Of a DNA stretch of 64,000 nucleotides, positions 10,601 to 20,552 are shown in pieces; position 1 is the first letter of the stretch, and every line of letters begins with the position of its first letter. The notes under the pieces are model-generated. The model made no database searches. It worked only from the letters and a program-made list of their open reading frames with translations, and was not told where the DNA came from. This stretch comes from an uncultured Christensenella sp. (GTDB taxonomy: Bacteria; Bacillota; Clostridia; Christensenellales; UBA1242). The stretch lies in NCBI GenBank assembly GCA_964455585.1, contig CAYVXW010000001.1, positions 28,248 to 92,247 of the forward strand, given 5' to 3'. Made by a program: the position numbers and the translations under genes.

Positions 10601-12283
10601 TCACAAAAAACCGTCCGGCAAGTCATTTTCAATAAGCACAACATAGTCGCTCCCTAGTCTATTTATAACCCCTTTTACCTCATCAAACTTGCTTGCAAAA
10701 TACACCTTTGTTTTATCAAATCCGCTTGACATAAGACCCGTATAAATCGCATCTTTATTTACCCTTTTTACAATAATCACCTCCGTTGCCACTTGCGAAA
10801 TTTTGGAGCCAAAAGTTTTGTTTATTTCAAACGCATTCTTGCAATCAATAACCCCAGGGGTTACTATCAAAATGTTTGGCTTATTATAAAGTTTTATCGC
10901 TTTCAAAGAGTAATCAACTGAGTCAATATTTGAGTTGTAGCCATTGTTCAAAATCACCGCACCACTTTTGCCTTCAAAACGCTCAAGCCTTGCTTTTACT
11001 TGTTTTATATTCTCAATCCCAACCTTTATATTATCATTAGATACACCCAACATTTTTGCCATTGCGACCGACAAAAGAATGTTTATAACATTATGTATTC
11101 CCACCAAAACCGTCTTTGCATTACACACTATTTTGCCGTCAAAATAAATATCAAATTCGCTTTCATTTTCATCTAACCTTATGTTCTTAGCACAAACATT
11201 GTTTTTCTTGCAATTGTCATAAAGTACACACTTATTGCCAATATTGGTGCACCTTTTGATATTTTTACACCACTTTTTAACAAAAACTTTGTTAACGCTC
11301 TTATCCCTAACCACAAAATAATATACACCAATTTTATTGCCCACATACTCATCATACATAGACTTAACATAACGATTTGTTAGATTAAATACGCACGACT
11401 TATGCGTCAAATAATCGGGCAATTCTTTTTTGGTACGATATATATTATTTAGACTTCCAAATGTACTTGTGTGTTGTCTTCCAACAGTTGTCACAATGCC
11501 ATAGTCCACATCTACAAGGTCACAAAGTTCTTTTATTTCGCCTACTTTTTTTGCACCCATTTCACATACAAAAACCTCGTGTAAAAGCTCCAATTTTTCA
11601 AGCACCGCCTTGCTTATTCCCATAGGCGTATTATAACTTTTGGGAGTAGGAAAAGTGTAAAAAGTTGTAGACAAAATCGTACTCAATATTTCTTTTGTGC
11701 TAGTCTTTCCATAACTTCCGGTTATACCAATTTTCACTAAATTTTTCATACTATTTAGTTTTAGTTTTGTCTTTTTTTCGTACGACTTTTTTATAAGATT
11801 TTCTATTGGAGAAAGGCTCAAAAATGTAAGCGTCAATATAGCATAATTTAAGAACAAAATCAGTGGCAAAAATATTAGCAACAAAAGATTAGAAAAGTAG
11901 ATAATTTGAAGAGCAACACACCCACAAATAAGCACACCAAACACAACCAAGATTCTAATTATTCGCTTGGTGTATTTTAGTTTTTTTAGACCTATAAACC
12001 TATCGCCAGAAAGCAATATAATTCCACCCGACAAAATAAGGAGCGCACACAACAAATATATGTTTTGGGGACTTACTACCAATAGTAAAATTGCAACTAT
12101 AGCATACAAAATCCATAAGGCAAAACTCTTTTTAGTTGCTCTAACAAAGTGCGTCCAAAGAGACGCATAAGTATATCCAAATTGTTGAGAAAAATATAAA
12201 GTTGAGAAAGCATATTCCGTCTCAATAGCCAAAACAAACAACACATAAAATATCTTATAAAGTACCACCATTTCCCTCTCCAA
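10601..12283 (-). CDS. murF: MurF-like Mur ligase with an N-terminal polytopic membrane domain
   Basis: Mur ligase P-loop ITGSYGKTSTKE and C-terminal NNGYNSNIDS are present, and the gene sits directly upstream of ddl. The first ~165 aa form about 5 hydrophobic helices instead of the usual soluble MurF domain 1. Confidence 0.65.
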   Translation of the reverse strand: MEREMVVLYKIFYVLFVLAIETEYAFSTLYFSQQFGYTYASLWTHFVRATKKSFALWILYAIVAILLLVVSPQNIYLLCALLILSGGIILLSGDRFIGLKKLKYTKRIIRILVVFGVLICGCVALQIIYFSNLLLLIFLPLILFLNYAILTLTFLSLSPIENLIKKSYEKKTKLKLNSMKNLVKIGITGSYGKTSTKEILSTILSTTFYTFPTPKSYNTPMGISKAVLEKLELLHEVFVCEMGAKKVGEIKELCDLVDVDYGIVTTVGRQHTSTFGSLNNIYRTKKELPDYLTHKSCVFNLTNRYVKSMYDEYVGNKIGVYYFVVRDKSVNKVFVKKWCKNIKRCTNIGNKCVLYDNCKKNNVCAKNIRLDENESEFDIYFDGKIVCNAKTVLVGIHNVINILLSVAMAKMLGVSNDNIKVGIENIKQVKARLERFEGKSGAVILNNGYNSNIDSVDYSLKAIKLYNKPNILIVTPGVIDCKNAFEINKTFGSKISQVATEVIIVKRVNKDAIYTGLMSSGFDKTKVYFASKFDEVKGVINRLGSDYVVLIENDLPDGFL

Positions 12284-12328
12284 CTATAAATATTTTTATG
12301 ATTATTTGTTTATCTTTGTGATAACATT

Positions 12329-13057
12329 CTAGACATCCAAAAGTTCATCCAGTTCTTTTTGAAAAGCATATCCCCTTTTTAAATACGCAAAGTGTCCGCC
12401 CGTTTTTGAAACAAAAACCCTCACATTTTCAATTTTTCGCTTTAACTTTTTGCACATCCACATTGGAGTTTCCCCATCGTCCTTTGCCCAAAATAACCTA
12501 ACATCCGCTCTTATATTAGGAAGCAAATATCCAAGGTCTTGATTTACAATTTTCTTAAAGCACTGCCTAAGGCTCGGGCTAAGCCGTTTGTAATCCTTAC
12601 TTCCAAATTTATTTAATCTATCCTTTTTCATAATCCCACATTTAACAAAAAACCTTGTAATCCTAAAGCAAAATAAACTTAGCGACCTTTTTATACTAAA
12701 TCGCCTAAGCCCCGCACTGGACGCAAGCATAACACCACAAACATCAATATCAAAAATAGACGACAATATTATCGCCACTCGCCCACCAAACGAATGCCCC
12801 ACAAGCACAATTTTGGATACCCCCAAGCGTTTTAGAAGTAAAAAAATTTGATAGGCATATTCATATGTATCAAAGTACTCAGGCGGTTCGCCCGACTCTC
12901 CAAATCCATAAAAATCAACTATCAAACATTTTGCTTTTGTATTAAATTGTTTTTTTACTTGCGAAAAATACGAGCCATTTACGCCCCAACCGTGGAGCAA
13001 TACAAGCGTTTTTTCGCCCTCACCACTCAAATCATAATGCAATTTATTTATCATCAA
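12329..13057 (-). CDS. Alpha/beta hydrolase
   Basis: LVLLHGWG oxyanion region and GHSFGG nucleophile elbow. Confidence 0.8.
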   Translation of the reverse strand: MMINKLHYDLSGEGEKTLVLLHGWGVNGSYFSQVKKQFNTKAKCLIVDFYGFGESGEPPEYFDTYEYAYQIFLLLKRLGVSKIVLVGHSFGGRVAIILSSIFDIDVCGVMLASSAGLRRFSIKRSLSLFCFRITRFFVKCGIMKKDRLNKFGSKDYKRLSPSLRQCFKKIVNQDLGYLLPNIRADVRLFWAKDDGETPMWMCKKLKRKIENVRVFVSKTGGHFAYLKRGYAFQKELDELLDV

Positions 13058-13488
13058 AATTTCAACCTATATAGCATTGCATCAATGCCACAGTAGTACT
13101 TAGGTCTAGTAAAATAATGTTCAAACCCCATTTTTTCGTAACATTTTTTTGCACTCTCGTTGTCCACCCGAACCTCCAAAAACACAATCTTCACACCACT
13201 ATTTTTAAGTTCCGAAAGCGATTTGTCTAGAAGTTTGGTTGCTATTCCTTGCCTTCTGTATCCACTATCAACAACGATTTTTATAAGTTCCGCTTCATCA
13301 ACGGCAATAGAAAAATTTACATAGCCAACCGTCTTTCCATCAATTTTTGCAAGCATCGTATACGACTTTTCGTCCACAACCATTGATGAAATGGTGCCCA
13401 AAGAGTATGCGTCTTTTTCGGCTTTATCTAGTAAAAAAATGTCATCAATATCCCTATCACTCGCCTTAACAAAATCCAAACTACTCAT
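13054..13488 (-). CDS. rimI: GNAT acetyltransferase, RimI-like
   Basis: GNAT motif A (YRRQGIATKLL), position after tsaE-tsaB, and overlapping stop/start codons. Confidence 0.7.
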   Translation of the reverse strand: MSSLDFVKASDRDIDDIFLLDKAEKDAYSLGTISSMVVDEKSYTMLAKIDGKTVGYVNFSIAVDEAELIKIVVDSGYRRQGIATKLLDKSLSELKNSGVKIVFLEVRVDNESAKKCYEKMGFEHYFTRPKYYCGIDAMLYRLKF

Positions 13489-14101
13489 TTTTTAAGTTCC
13501 TTTCCGCTTGGGACAATTGCAAGTAATATGGCACAAAGTCCTCTTTGGCATCCACCTTTGACAAAATAGCGTCAAAATACATTTCATCCAGACTTTCAAA
13601 GTACTCAATATTTACATATTCAAGATTAAGTACATTTTGTTCCTCGCTCAAAGCAAACAACTTTTCCCCCTCAAACTTTGACGCAATGTCGGACTTGTTT
13701 ACAATATCGGCTTCAACAATTTTTTTGTTTTTGATTTTTGCATAATAACACATAGTCGACGTGCTATTTAACAAAAATACACCATTTTTGACCGTTGAAG
13801 AGACTATTTCAAAAACATTTACACCAATGATTTTTTTGTTTGCAACCTTATTAAAACCTTTAATCGTCGACATTCCAACCCTAATCCCCGTAAACGAACC
13901 GGGTCCGACAACCGCGGAGTAATAGTCAAAGTCAGTTATATTGTATTTGGTCTCAAGGAGAGCCTTTTCAATATAAAGAAAAAGCCCCTCGCTATGCCTA
14001 ACACCATCACCCATAGACAAAACATACTTTACATCTTTTTCGTCGTCAAAAACAAATATTTTTGCAATTTTTCGTGTAGTATCTATTCCAAAAATCTTCA
14101 T
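13481..14101 (-). CDS. tsaB: tRNA t6A biosynthesis protein TsaB
   Basis: FGIDTT start and GPGSFTGIRVG motif. Confidence 0.85.
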   Translation of the reverse strand: MKIFGIDTTRKIAKIFVFDDEKDVKYVLSMGDGVRHSEGLFLYIEKALLETKYNITDFDYYSAVVGPGSFTGIRVGMSTIKGFNKVANKKIIGVNVFEIVSSTVKNGVFLLNSTSTMCYYAKIKNKKIVEADIVNKSDIASKFEGEKLFALSEEQNVLNLEYVNIEYFESLDEMYFDAILSKVDAKEDFVPYYLQLSQAERNLKNE

Positions 14102-14107
14102 AAAACC

Positions 14108-14533
14108 TTACCTTTCTATTTCAAACTTTCTTCCATCGCCACCATTTAGCGAAATGTTGATTTTTATAAATTTTCCGTGCAACATATCCATAATATTTTC
14201 CGCCCATTCAATAAAAACAAGGCTTCTTTTATCACCCGAATATATATAATCCTCTAGCCCAAATTCTCTAACCTCATCTGAGTTTGAAATTCGGTACATA
14301 TCAAAGTGATAAATATTAAATTTCTTTGTGGCGTATTCCCTCATAATAGTAAAAGTTGGACTTGTAATTTCGTCTTTTACCCCAAGGGATTTTAGCACAC
14401 ACCTTGTAAAAGTCGTTTTCCCAGCCCCCAAATCACCGCTAAGTAGAATAACCTCGCCACCACGCAAAAGTTTGGCAAATTTCTTTGCCAACACCTTTGT
14501 TTCATTTAGATTTCTAACAATAATTTCTTCCAT
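14108..14533 (-). CDS. tsaE: tRNA t6A biosynthesis ATPase TsaE
   Basis: GDLGAGKTTFTR P-loop and SPTFT motif. Confidence 0.85.
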   Translation of the reverse strand: MEEIIVRNLNETKVLAKKFAKLLRGGEVILLSGDLGAGKTTFTRCVLKSLGVKDEITSPTFTIMREYATKKFNIYHFDMYRISNSDEVREFGLEDYIYSGDKRSLVFIEWAENIMDMLHGKFIKINISLNGGDGRKFEIER

Positions 14534-14599
14534 AAATTTCTCTTATTTGTTTTATATATTTCCCCTTAACAAAGCCATTTTGGATGGGTTTGCATAGTA

Positions 14600-15541
14600 C
14601 TAATTTTGTGCTTCTTCGTTGGACCCCAAAGTGTCACACTTTTGCCTAAACATTAGCGAAAAGATATATGGCAAAAGCATACTTACCGTTGCCCCTAGCA
14701 CCAAGAACACGGGATAATAAATCCACTTTGCAAAGTCGAATAGCAACCTAGATGGCAAATAAAGTGCCACTAGTACCCCATAAGTTATAAAAAACTTTAT
14801 AATGCCAGTCTTTTTCGTAGATTTTTCGTCGTATTTTATGTACTTTTTATCAAATAAATATCCAAAACTAACCGCCGTATACATCCCTAAAAACATATAC
14901 ACTTTTCTACTTGCTATCCCCCAAATTATATCCAAAAGACCAAAGCCAATTGCTCCCGCAACACACACTACAAATAGCACTTTGCAAAAGAGTTCCGCCG
15001 TGCACTTTTCTTTAAATTTCTTTGGAACATACTTCCATATTATATCAATTATAAAAGGTATACTCATACCAAGCATAGCACCAACAATTGTGTCGCTTGG
15101 ATAGTGTTGACCCCAATATAACCTACTCATCATAACCAATACGCCAAGCACCGCAAGCACACATAAAGTGGTTATTTTAAGCCATTTTTTCGTGTTACTT
15201 TTTCCAACTTCTTGGGTTATAACAGTTGCTTCAACGAAGTATCCTTGGCTGTGCCCACTAGGAAAACTGTATTCCGAAGCGTGCAACCTGTCCACGACTT
15301 CACTTGACGCAACATATGGTCGTGGTCGCCTAATAATAAGTTTTATAACGGCATTTACCGCCACGCTTGTCAAATAATAAAGCGTAAACTTAAACGAGAA
15401 CTTTTTGCTATAAAGCAAATAAATACCCGCAAATAATAGCAAGAAAAAAATTTCCTCACCCATTTTTGTTATTATCCAAAAAACAACATCCAAAAACGAG
15501 TTTGCAATGCTTTGAAACGCTTTTATGATATTTATTTCCAT
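14600..15541 (-). CDS. PAP2-family membrane phosphatase with extra C-terminal TM region
   Basis: PAP2 motifs are present: KLIIRRPRP, PSGHS, SRLYWGQHYPSD. About 120 additional hydrophobic residues follow the PAP2 core. Confidence 0.75.
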   Translation of the reverse strand: MEINIIKAFQSIANSFLDVVFWIITKMGEEIFFLLLFAGIYLLYSKKFSFKFTLYYLTSVAVNAVIKLIIRRPRPYVASSEVVDRLHASEYSFPSGHSQGYFVEATVITQEVGKSNTKKWLKITTLCVLAVLGVLVMMSRLYWGQHYPSDTIVGAMLGMSIPFIIDIIWKYVPKKFKEKCTAELFCKVLFVVCVAGAIGFGLLDIIWGIASRKVYMFLGMYTAVSFGYLFDKKYIKYDEKSTKKTGIIKFFITYGVLVALYLPSRLLFDFAKWIYYPVFLVLGATVSMLLPYIFSLMFRQKCDTLGSNEEAQN

Positions 15542-15724
15542 AGCACCTCACCACTTCCCAAAGCACATTTGAAAAGCATACCAATTTAGTTTGTGCAAAA
15601 ATACAAATTGTACTTTATAGCCTTTTGCAATATTACACTATATATTTTAGCAAATAATACAAAAAATAACAAATAAATACAAATACCCTTTTATAATATT
15701 AGGTTATTTGTTACATAATTTTTT

Positions 15725-16489
15725 ATGGAAACAAAAGTAACTAAATTAAGCCAAATATCAAATGCAATATTTTTCATATCCGTCGTTTATTTTCTTAGTT
15801 TTTTATGGCTAGAATATCACTTGCATAGCATAAAAAAGGCGTTTTGGTTGGCAATTGTAGCAACAGTCATAATATCAACTATTTGCTTTTTTGTCAAAAG
15901 GGTTTTCAGTTCAAAACACAAATCACAAACGCTAGTTCAAAAAGAAAAAGAGTTTTTGAAAACACAACTTATATGGGGAAACGAAGACACCATAAACGCC
16001 TACCTAGCGGAACTTTTTGACCTAGATATATCAACCAAAACTAGCCCAAACTCGTATGGATTAGCGGACGGCGGTGAGGTGATATTTTGCTTTGAGCCTA
16101 ATGGGCTAGATTTATCACTTCTTTCCAAAATTATACGAAGTTCAAACTCCTCCAAAATCACCTTTTTTTGTATAGACTACACGCCATTTTTGCATCCAAA
16201 AAATATGGAAATAACCGTCTTTACACTTGACGACATTTACACCCGTCAAAAGTCATCATCGCCCAAAATTCCAACAAATATTACTATTGAAAACAAGCCT
16301 AAATATAGCCTAAAATCAGTGCTTTGCATAGCACTAAATAAGGGGCGAACAAAAAACTATTTCTGGTCAGCTATTTTGCTTATTTTTATGTCGCTATTTA
16401 CCCCATACAACATCTATTATCTAGTTGTTAGCACCATTCTATTGCTACTAGCCCTCTACTCTCGCTTTAACACTCGTTTCAATTCTTGA
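15725..16489 (+). CDS. Hypothetical membrane protein
   Basis: Two N-terminal and two C-terminal hydrophobic helices flank a soluble middle. No motif recognised. Confidence 0.45.
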   Translation: METKVTKLSQISNAIFFISVVYFLSFLWLEYHLHSIKKAFWLAIVATVIISTICFFVKRVFSSKHKSQTLVQKEKEFLKTQLIWGNEDTINAYLAELFDLDISTKTSPNSYGLADGGEVIFCFEPNGLDLSLLSKIIRSSNSSKITFFCIDYTPFLHPKNMEITVFTLDDIYTRQKSSSPKIPTNITIENKPKYSLKSVLCIALNKGRTKNYFWSAILLIFMSLFTPYNIYYLVVSTILLLLALYSRFNTRFNS

Positions 16490-16533
16490 GTGGTCTAAAT
16501 ATTAATATTCACGCCACCACCTTCACCCCACCC

Positions 16534-16608
16534 AAAACAAAAAAGACCACCAAAAAATTTGGCGATAAGCCACAAGCATAACTTTGTGGACACCCAATAT
16601 TTGGTGGT
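16534..16608 (-). terminator. Nested hairpin terminator downstream of yhbY
   Basis: Outer stem ACCACCAAA/TTTGGTGGT and inner stem CCACAA/TTGTGG, with a T-rich run on the minus strand. Confidence 0.45.
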
Positions 16609-16615
16609 ACGTAAA

Positions 16616-16915
16616 TTATTTTCTTTTTAGCAAATGATTAAACTTTGGTTTGTCGGTTTCTTTGTAAACAACAATCTTGCTTCCAATGATTGCAACTAGC
16701 GTGCATTCGGCTTTTTCACAAACCTCTTTTGCAAGTTCATCCAAAGTATATCCCACGTTTTTGTTTACTTTTATTTTGATAAGTTCGTGAGCATAAAGGT
16801 TGTCTTTTATTTGAGCAACAACCGTGTCTGTCACATTTTCTTTGCCAATAAAAACCAAGTCTTTTAGGTTGTGGCTAAGACTAATTAGTTTTGCCCTTTC
16901 TTGTGATGTTATCAT
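16616..16915 (-). CDS. yhbY: CRM-domain RNA-binding protein YhbY
   Basis: ~99 aa with a LTSQERAKL...FIGKENVTD...ELIKIKV pattern, directly downstream of obg. Confidence 0.8.
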   Translation of the reverse strand: MITSQERAKLISLSHNLKDLVFIGKENVTDTVVAQIKDNLYAHELIKIKVNKNVGYTLDELAKEVCEKAECTLVAIIGSKIVVYKETDKPKFNHLLKRK

Positions 16916-16923
16916 ATTTCCTC

Positions 16924-18189
16924 CTATTCGTAATACTCAAGTTCGTATCCATCTATTCTAATTAAATCGCCTTCTTTTAGCCCAATTTCCAAAAGTGCAT
17001 CAATTATTCCGTCGTTTTTAATTCTTTTTTGGAAATAAGCATTTGAGGTCAAGTCGTCAAGGTTAACTCTCTTCATAATTTCAAATACAAGTTCGCCCGT
17101 CACTTCAAATACGCCTTCGCTTACTTTTCTAACCTCAAACTCTCTTAGGTTACGCTTGTCAATTTCTTCCTCTTCAATTTCCATTCTTTCAACTTTTGGA
17201 AGTTTTGATAGTGTTTTGATTACACACTCAATAAGTTCATTAAGCCCCGTGTGGGTGTAAGCCGAAATTGGAAAAATCATTTTGTCTTTTCCAACCTTTT
17301 TTCTAAACTCCTCAATAGCGTCCTCATCCACAAGCATATCCACTTTGTTTAGGGCAATAATTTGTGGAAGTTTAGAAACACTTTCGCCATATTTGTCTAG
17401 TTCGTCGTTGATGGCAACATAGTCTTCATATGGGTCACGCCCCTCGCTTCCCGAAATATCTACAATGTGGATAAGAAGTCTTGTACGCTCAATATGCCTT
17501 AGGAAATCCGTGCCTAGTCCAATGCCCTCGCTCGCTCCCGAAATAAGCCCCGGTATATCCGCCATAACAAACGAATCACCAAAAGCATTTACGACTGCAA
17601 TATTTGGCGTAAGGGTTGTAAAGTGGTAGTTTGCAATTTTTGGTTTTGCATTGGATACACTTGATAAAAGCGTGCTTTTTCCTACATTAGGAAAGCCAAC
17701 AAGCCCAACGTCCGCTAGTGTTTTTAGTTCCAAAATTAGTTCAAATGGCTTTGTTACAACTCCTTGCTCGGCAAAACGAGGCGCCTGTCTAGTAGGTGTT
17801 GCAAAGTGAGAGTTTCCCCTTCCGCCTTGCCCGCCTTTCAAAATCACCTTTTCCTCGCCGTCATTTAGCATATCGGCAACAACTTTTCCAGTAACTGCGT
17901 TTCTAATAATTGTGCCCTTTGGAACGGAAATAATAAGGTCTTTTCCATCACGACCAAACCTATTGTTTCCCGAGCCCGCTTCGCCGTCGTCCGCTCTAAA
18001 TTTCTTTTTGTATCTGAAATCCACAAGGTTGTCCATATTTTTATTTACCTTAAAAATTATGTCGCCACCCTTTCCGCCGTCTCCGCCGTTTGGACCGCCA
18101 TTTGGCACAAATTTTTCCCTTCTAAAAGCAATTACGCCGTTTCCGCCATTGCCCGCTTTGCATTCTATTTTAACCTTGTCCAAAAACAT
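16924..18189 (-). CDS. obg: GTPase Obg
   Basis: Gly-rich Obg fold (GNGGNG, GGDGGKGGD), G motifs GFPNVGKST and DIPG, and a C-terminal OCT-like domain. Confidence 0.95.
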   Translation of the reverse strand: MFLDKVKIECKAGNGGNGVIAFRREKFVPNGGPNGGDGGKGGDIIFKVNKNMDNLVDFRYKKKFRADDGEAGSGNNRFGRDGKDLIISVPKGTIIRNAVTGKVVADMLNDGEEKVILKGGQGGRGNSHFATPTRQAPRFAEQGVVTKPFELILELKTLADVGLVGFPNVGKSTLLSSVSNAKPKIANYHFTTLTPNIAVVNAFGDSFVMADIPGLISGASEGIGLGTDFLRHIERTRLLIHIVDISGSEGRDPYEDYVAINDELDKYGESVSKLPQIIALNKVDMLVDEDAIEEFRKKVGKDKMIFPISAYTHTGLNELIECVIKTLSKLPKVERMEIEEEEIDKRNLREFEVRKVSEGVFEVTGELVFEIMKRVNLDDLTSNAYFQKRIKNDGIIDALLEIGLKEGDLIRIDGYELEYYE

Positions 18190-18190
18190 A

Positions 18191-18835
18191 TTATTTCCTC
18201 CTAGTATTTAGATTTTCCTTGCATATATCCCTTAGCACACAAGCCTCGCATTTTGGATTTCGTGCCATACAATAATATCTTCCAAAAAGTAGCATCAAGT
18301 GGTGGATTTCGCCCCACTCTTGGCTATCAAAAAGCCCCTTTAGCACACCTTCGCACTTGTCAGGACTATTTGTGTCCGCAAGCCCAAGCCTTGTGCTTAC
18401 TCTTAAAATATGTGTATCAACCGCAAACGCCGGAACACCAAAGCCAACCGCTAGTACAACATTTGCAGTCTTGTTTCCAACACCGGGTAGCGATACTAAG
18501 TCGTTGTGATTTGATGGCACTTGTCCACCAAACTTGTCCACTATAGCCTTGCAAGCATCCACTATGTTTTTGGCTTTGTTGTGATAATAGTTGCAAGACT
18601 TTATGTCGTTTTCAAACTCCTCATACGAAGCCCTTGCATAGTCGCTTGCACTTCTATATTTTTTAAACAAATCCCTTGTAATTATATTTACCCTTTTGTC
18701 GGTGCATTGTGCCGAAAGCATTACTGCCACCAAAAGTTCAAGGGTATTACTAAAAACAAGTTCGCTTTGGGGGTTTGGAATTAGTGCCCTTAATCTAGCC
18801 ACAATTTCATTTGCGTTCTTTTCTTTGTTATCCAT
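18191..18835 (-). CDS. nth: Endonuclease III
   Basis: HhH-GPD (LPGVGNKTANVV) and a C-terminal 4Fe-4S Cys cluster C-x6-C-x2-C-x5-C. Confidence 0.9.
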   Translation of the reverse strand: MDNKEKNANEIVARLRALIPNPQSELVFSNTLELLVAVMLSAQCTDKRVNIITRDLFKKYRSASDYARASYEEFENDIKSCNYYHNKAKNIVDACKAIVDKFGGQVPSNHNDLVSLPGVGNKTANVVLAVGFGVPAFAVDTHILRVSTRLGLADTNSPDKCEGVLKGLFDSQEWGEIHHLMLLFGRYYCMARNPKCEACVLRDICKENLNTRRK

Positions 18836-18893
18836 ACTAATGTATTATATCAAATAACAATCCCGTTGTCAAAGTATGGCATAAAAAATAGTC

Positions 18894-19148
18894 CTAAATA
18901 CGCACAAATTTTTTAAATAAATCACCCACTTCCATATACATCCCCTTAAAAGTGCTTAGCATAAGCCTTTGAAGCACCGCTCTTGCTCTTTGCAAATCCT
19001 TTTCAAAAAATACAACGCTTATTCCACACGCCTCGCTAAGTGCCCTTGGGGTATCTATAGTTTTACACCTAACGCCAATGCGAGCAAGAGCCGTTGCAAA
19101 TTGCATTGTGTGATTCCTATTTCCAAAAACTACAACTATATTTCTCAT
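18894..19148 (-). CDS. DUF3343-like small protein
   Basis: 84 aa. The pattern FGNRNHTMQFATALARIGVRCKTIDTPRALSEACGISVVF matches my memory of DUF3343. It is divergent from a class V aminotransferase gene. Confidence 0.5.
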   Translation of the reverse strand: MRNIVVVFGNRNHTMQFATALARIGVRCKTIDTPRALSEACGISVVFFEKDLQRARAVLQRLMLSTFKGMYMEVGDLFKKFVRI

Positions 19149-19222
19149 ATTGTCTCCACATTTTTTCCTTTTATTTCATATTATTTATTATTAGTAGTTT
19201 TTGTTAAATAAAGGAGATAAAA

Positions 19223-20344
19223 ATGATTTACTTAGACAATTCCTCCACCACACACAAAAAGCCCCTCTCGGTCAAAAAATCCGCCCTAAAAGGACTTTCT
19301 GGCTTGAGTGTAAATCCTAGCAGGTCGGGACACAAACTTGCACTCAAGGGTGCGTTTAAAATATATGAAACAAGGGAACTAATGGCAAAGTTCTTTGGAA
19401 CAACACCCGAAAATGTCATATTTACAAGTGGTTGCACTATTGCACTAAACCTAGCCATACGGGGCACGGTAAAGCGAGGCGGACACATAATAACTACAAT
19501 TTTTGAGCACAACAGTGTGCTAAGAGTTTTGGACGCACTAAAGTTGTCGCACGGTATTGAGGTCACCTATCTAACACCAAATAAAAGCGGACAAATCCCG
19601 CCTTCCGACATTTCAAAAGCAATAAAGAAAAACACATATATGGTTATTATAAACCACACAAGCAATGTAACAGGCACCACCCAAAACATTGAAAACATTG
19701 GAAAAGTTTGCAAAAAACACAAACTAATCTTCCTTGTAGACGGAGCACAAAGCGGTGGGCACAAAGAAATTGATATGCAAAAAATGAATATCAACTTGCT
19801 TGCCATTGCGGGTCACAAAGGATTGTATGCCCCTCAAGGGATTGGAGCGTTATTAATAAATGGCGTAACCGTATCCCCACTTATCTATGGCGGGACGGGC
19901 ACAAAAAGTGATAGCCTATCCCAACCCACCGACTACCCCGATGGACTTGAAAGCGGAACGCCCAATATTGTTGGAATTTTGGGACTGAATGCGGGGATTA
20001 GATTTGTAGCAAAAAGGCAAAAAAGAATTGAAAGAAAAATCGAAAAACTAACAACCTACGTATTATTAGAACTTAACAAAATAAAGAACGTGACTGTATA
20101 TGGCGAAAAGTGCTCAGGCGTAATTTCAATTGGCATCAAAGGAAAAGACAGTTCCTATGTATCAAGCGTCCTAGACGAAAAGTATCACATATGCACTCGA
20201 AGCGGACTGCACTGTGCACCCCTCATCCATAAATACTTAGGAACAAAATCCCAAGGACTTACACGAATTAGTTTGTCTTATTTCAATCACAAAAGCGAAC
20301 TTAAAAAACTAGTTTATGCCATAACCGATATCGCACTAAACTAG
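19223..20344 (+). CDS. Class V aminotransferase / cysteine desulfurase family protein
   Basis: PLP-lysine context AIAGHKGLYAPQGIGAL and the typical fold-type I layout. Confidence 0.8.
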   Translation: MIYLDNSSTTHKKPLSVKKSALKGLSGLSVNPSRSGHKLALKGAFKIYETRELMAKFFGTTPENVIFTSGCTIALNLAIRGTVKRGGHIITTIFEHNSVLRVLDALKLSHGIEVTYLTPNKSGQIPPSDISKAIKKNTYMVIINHTSNVTGTTQNIENIGKVCKKHKLIFLVDGAQSGGHKEIDMQKMNINLLAIAGHKGLYAPQGIGALLINGVTVSPLIYGGTGTKSDSLSQPTDYPDGLESGTPNIVGILGLNAGIRFVAKRQKRIERKIEKLTTYVLLELNKIKNVTVYGEKCSGVISIGIKGKDSSYVSSVLDEKYHICTRSGLHCAPLIHKYLGTKSQGLTRISLSYFNHKSELKKLVYAITDIALN

Positions 20345-20385
20345 CCCACCAAGGTCTAGACACTACAAAATAATATTATATTTTT

Positions 20386-20447
20386 AATGCCAACAAAAAA
20401 GTAAAAAGTAAATTTAGATAACTTCAATTTTGTTGGCATTGTTTTTT
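20386..20447 (+). terminator. Long-loop hairpin terminator
   Basis: 13-bp arms AATGCCAACAAAA (20386-20398) and TTTTGTTGGCATT (20428-20440), followed by GTTTTTT. Confidence 0.45.
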
Positions 20448-20493
20448 GTGCACACTTTAATCAATTTTTATATACCACAAATTACTTTCCAAC

Positions 20494-20545
20494 AAAAAAA
20501 TATATGGCAACTTTTAGACCATTACAAAGCCTCAAAATTGCCATA
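20494..20545 (-). terminator. Hairpin terminator downstream of the S8 protease gene
   Basis: TATGGCAA (20503-20510) pairs with TTGCCATA (20538-20545). The T-run is on the minus strand (A-run at 20494-20500 on plus). Confidence 0.4.
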
Positions 20546-20552
20546 ATAAATA

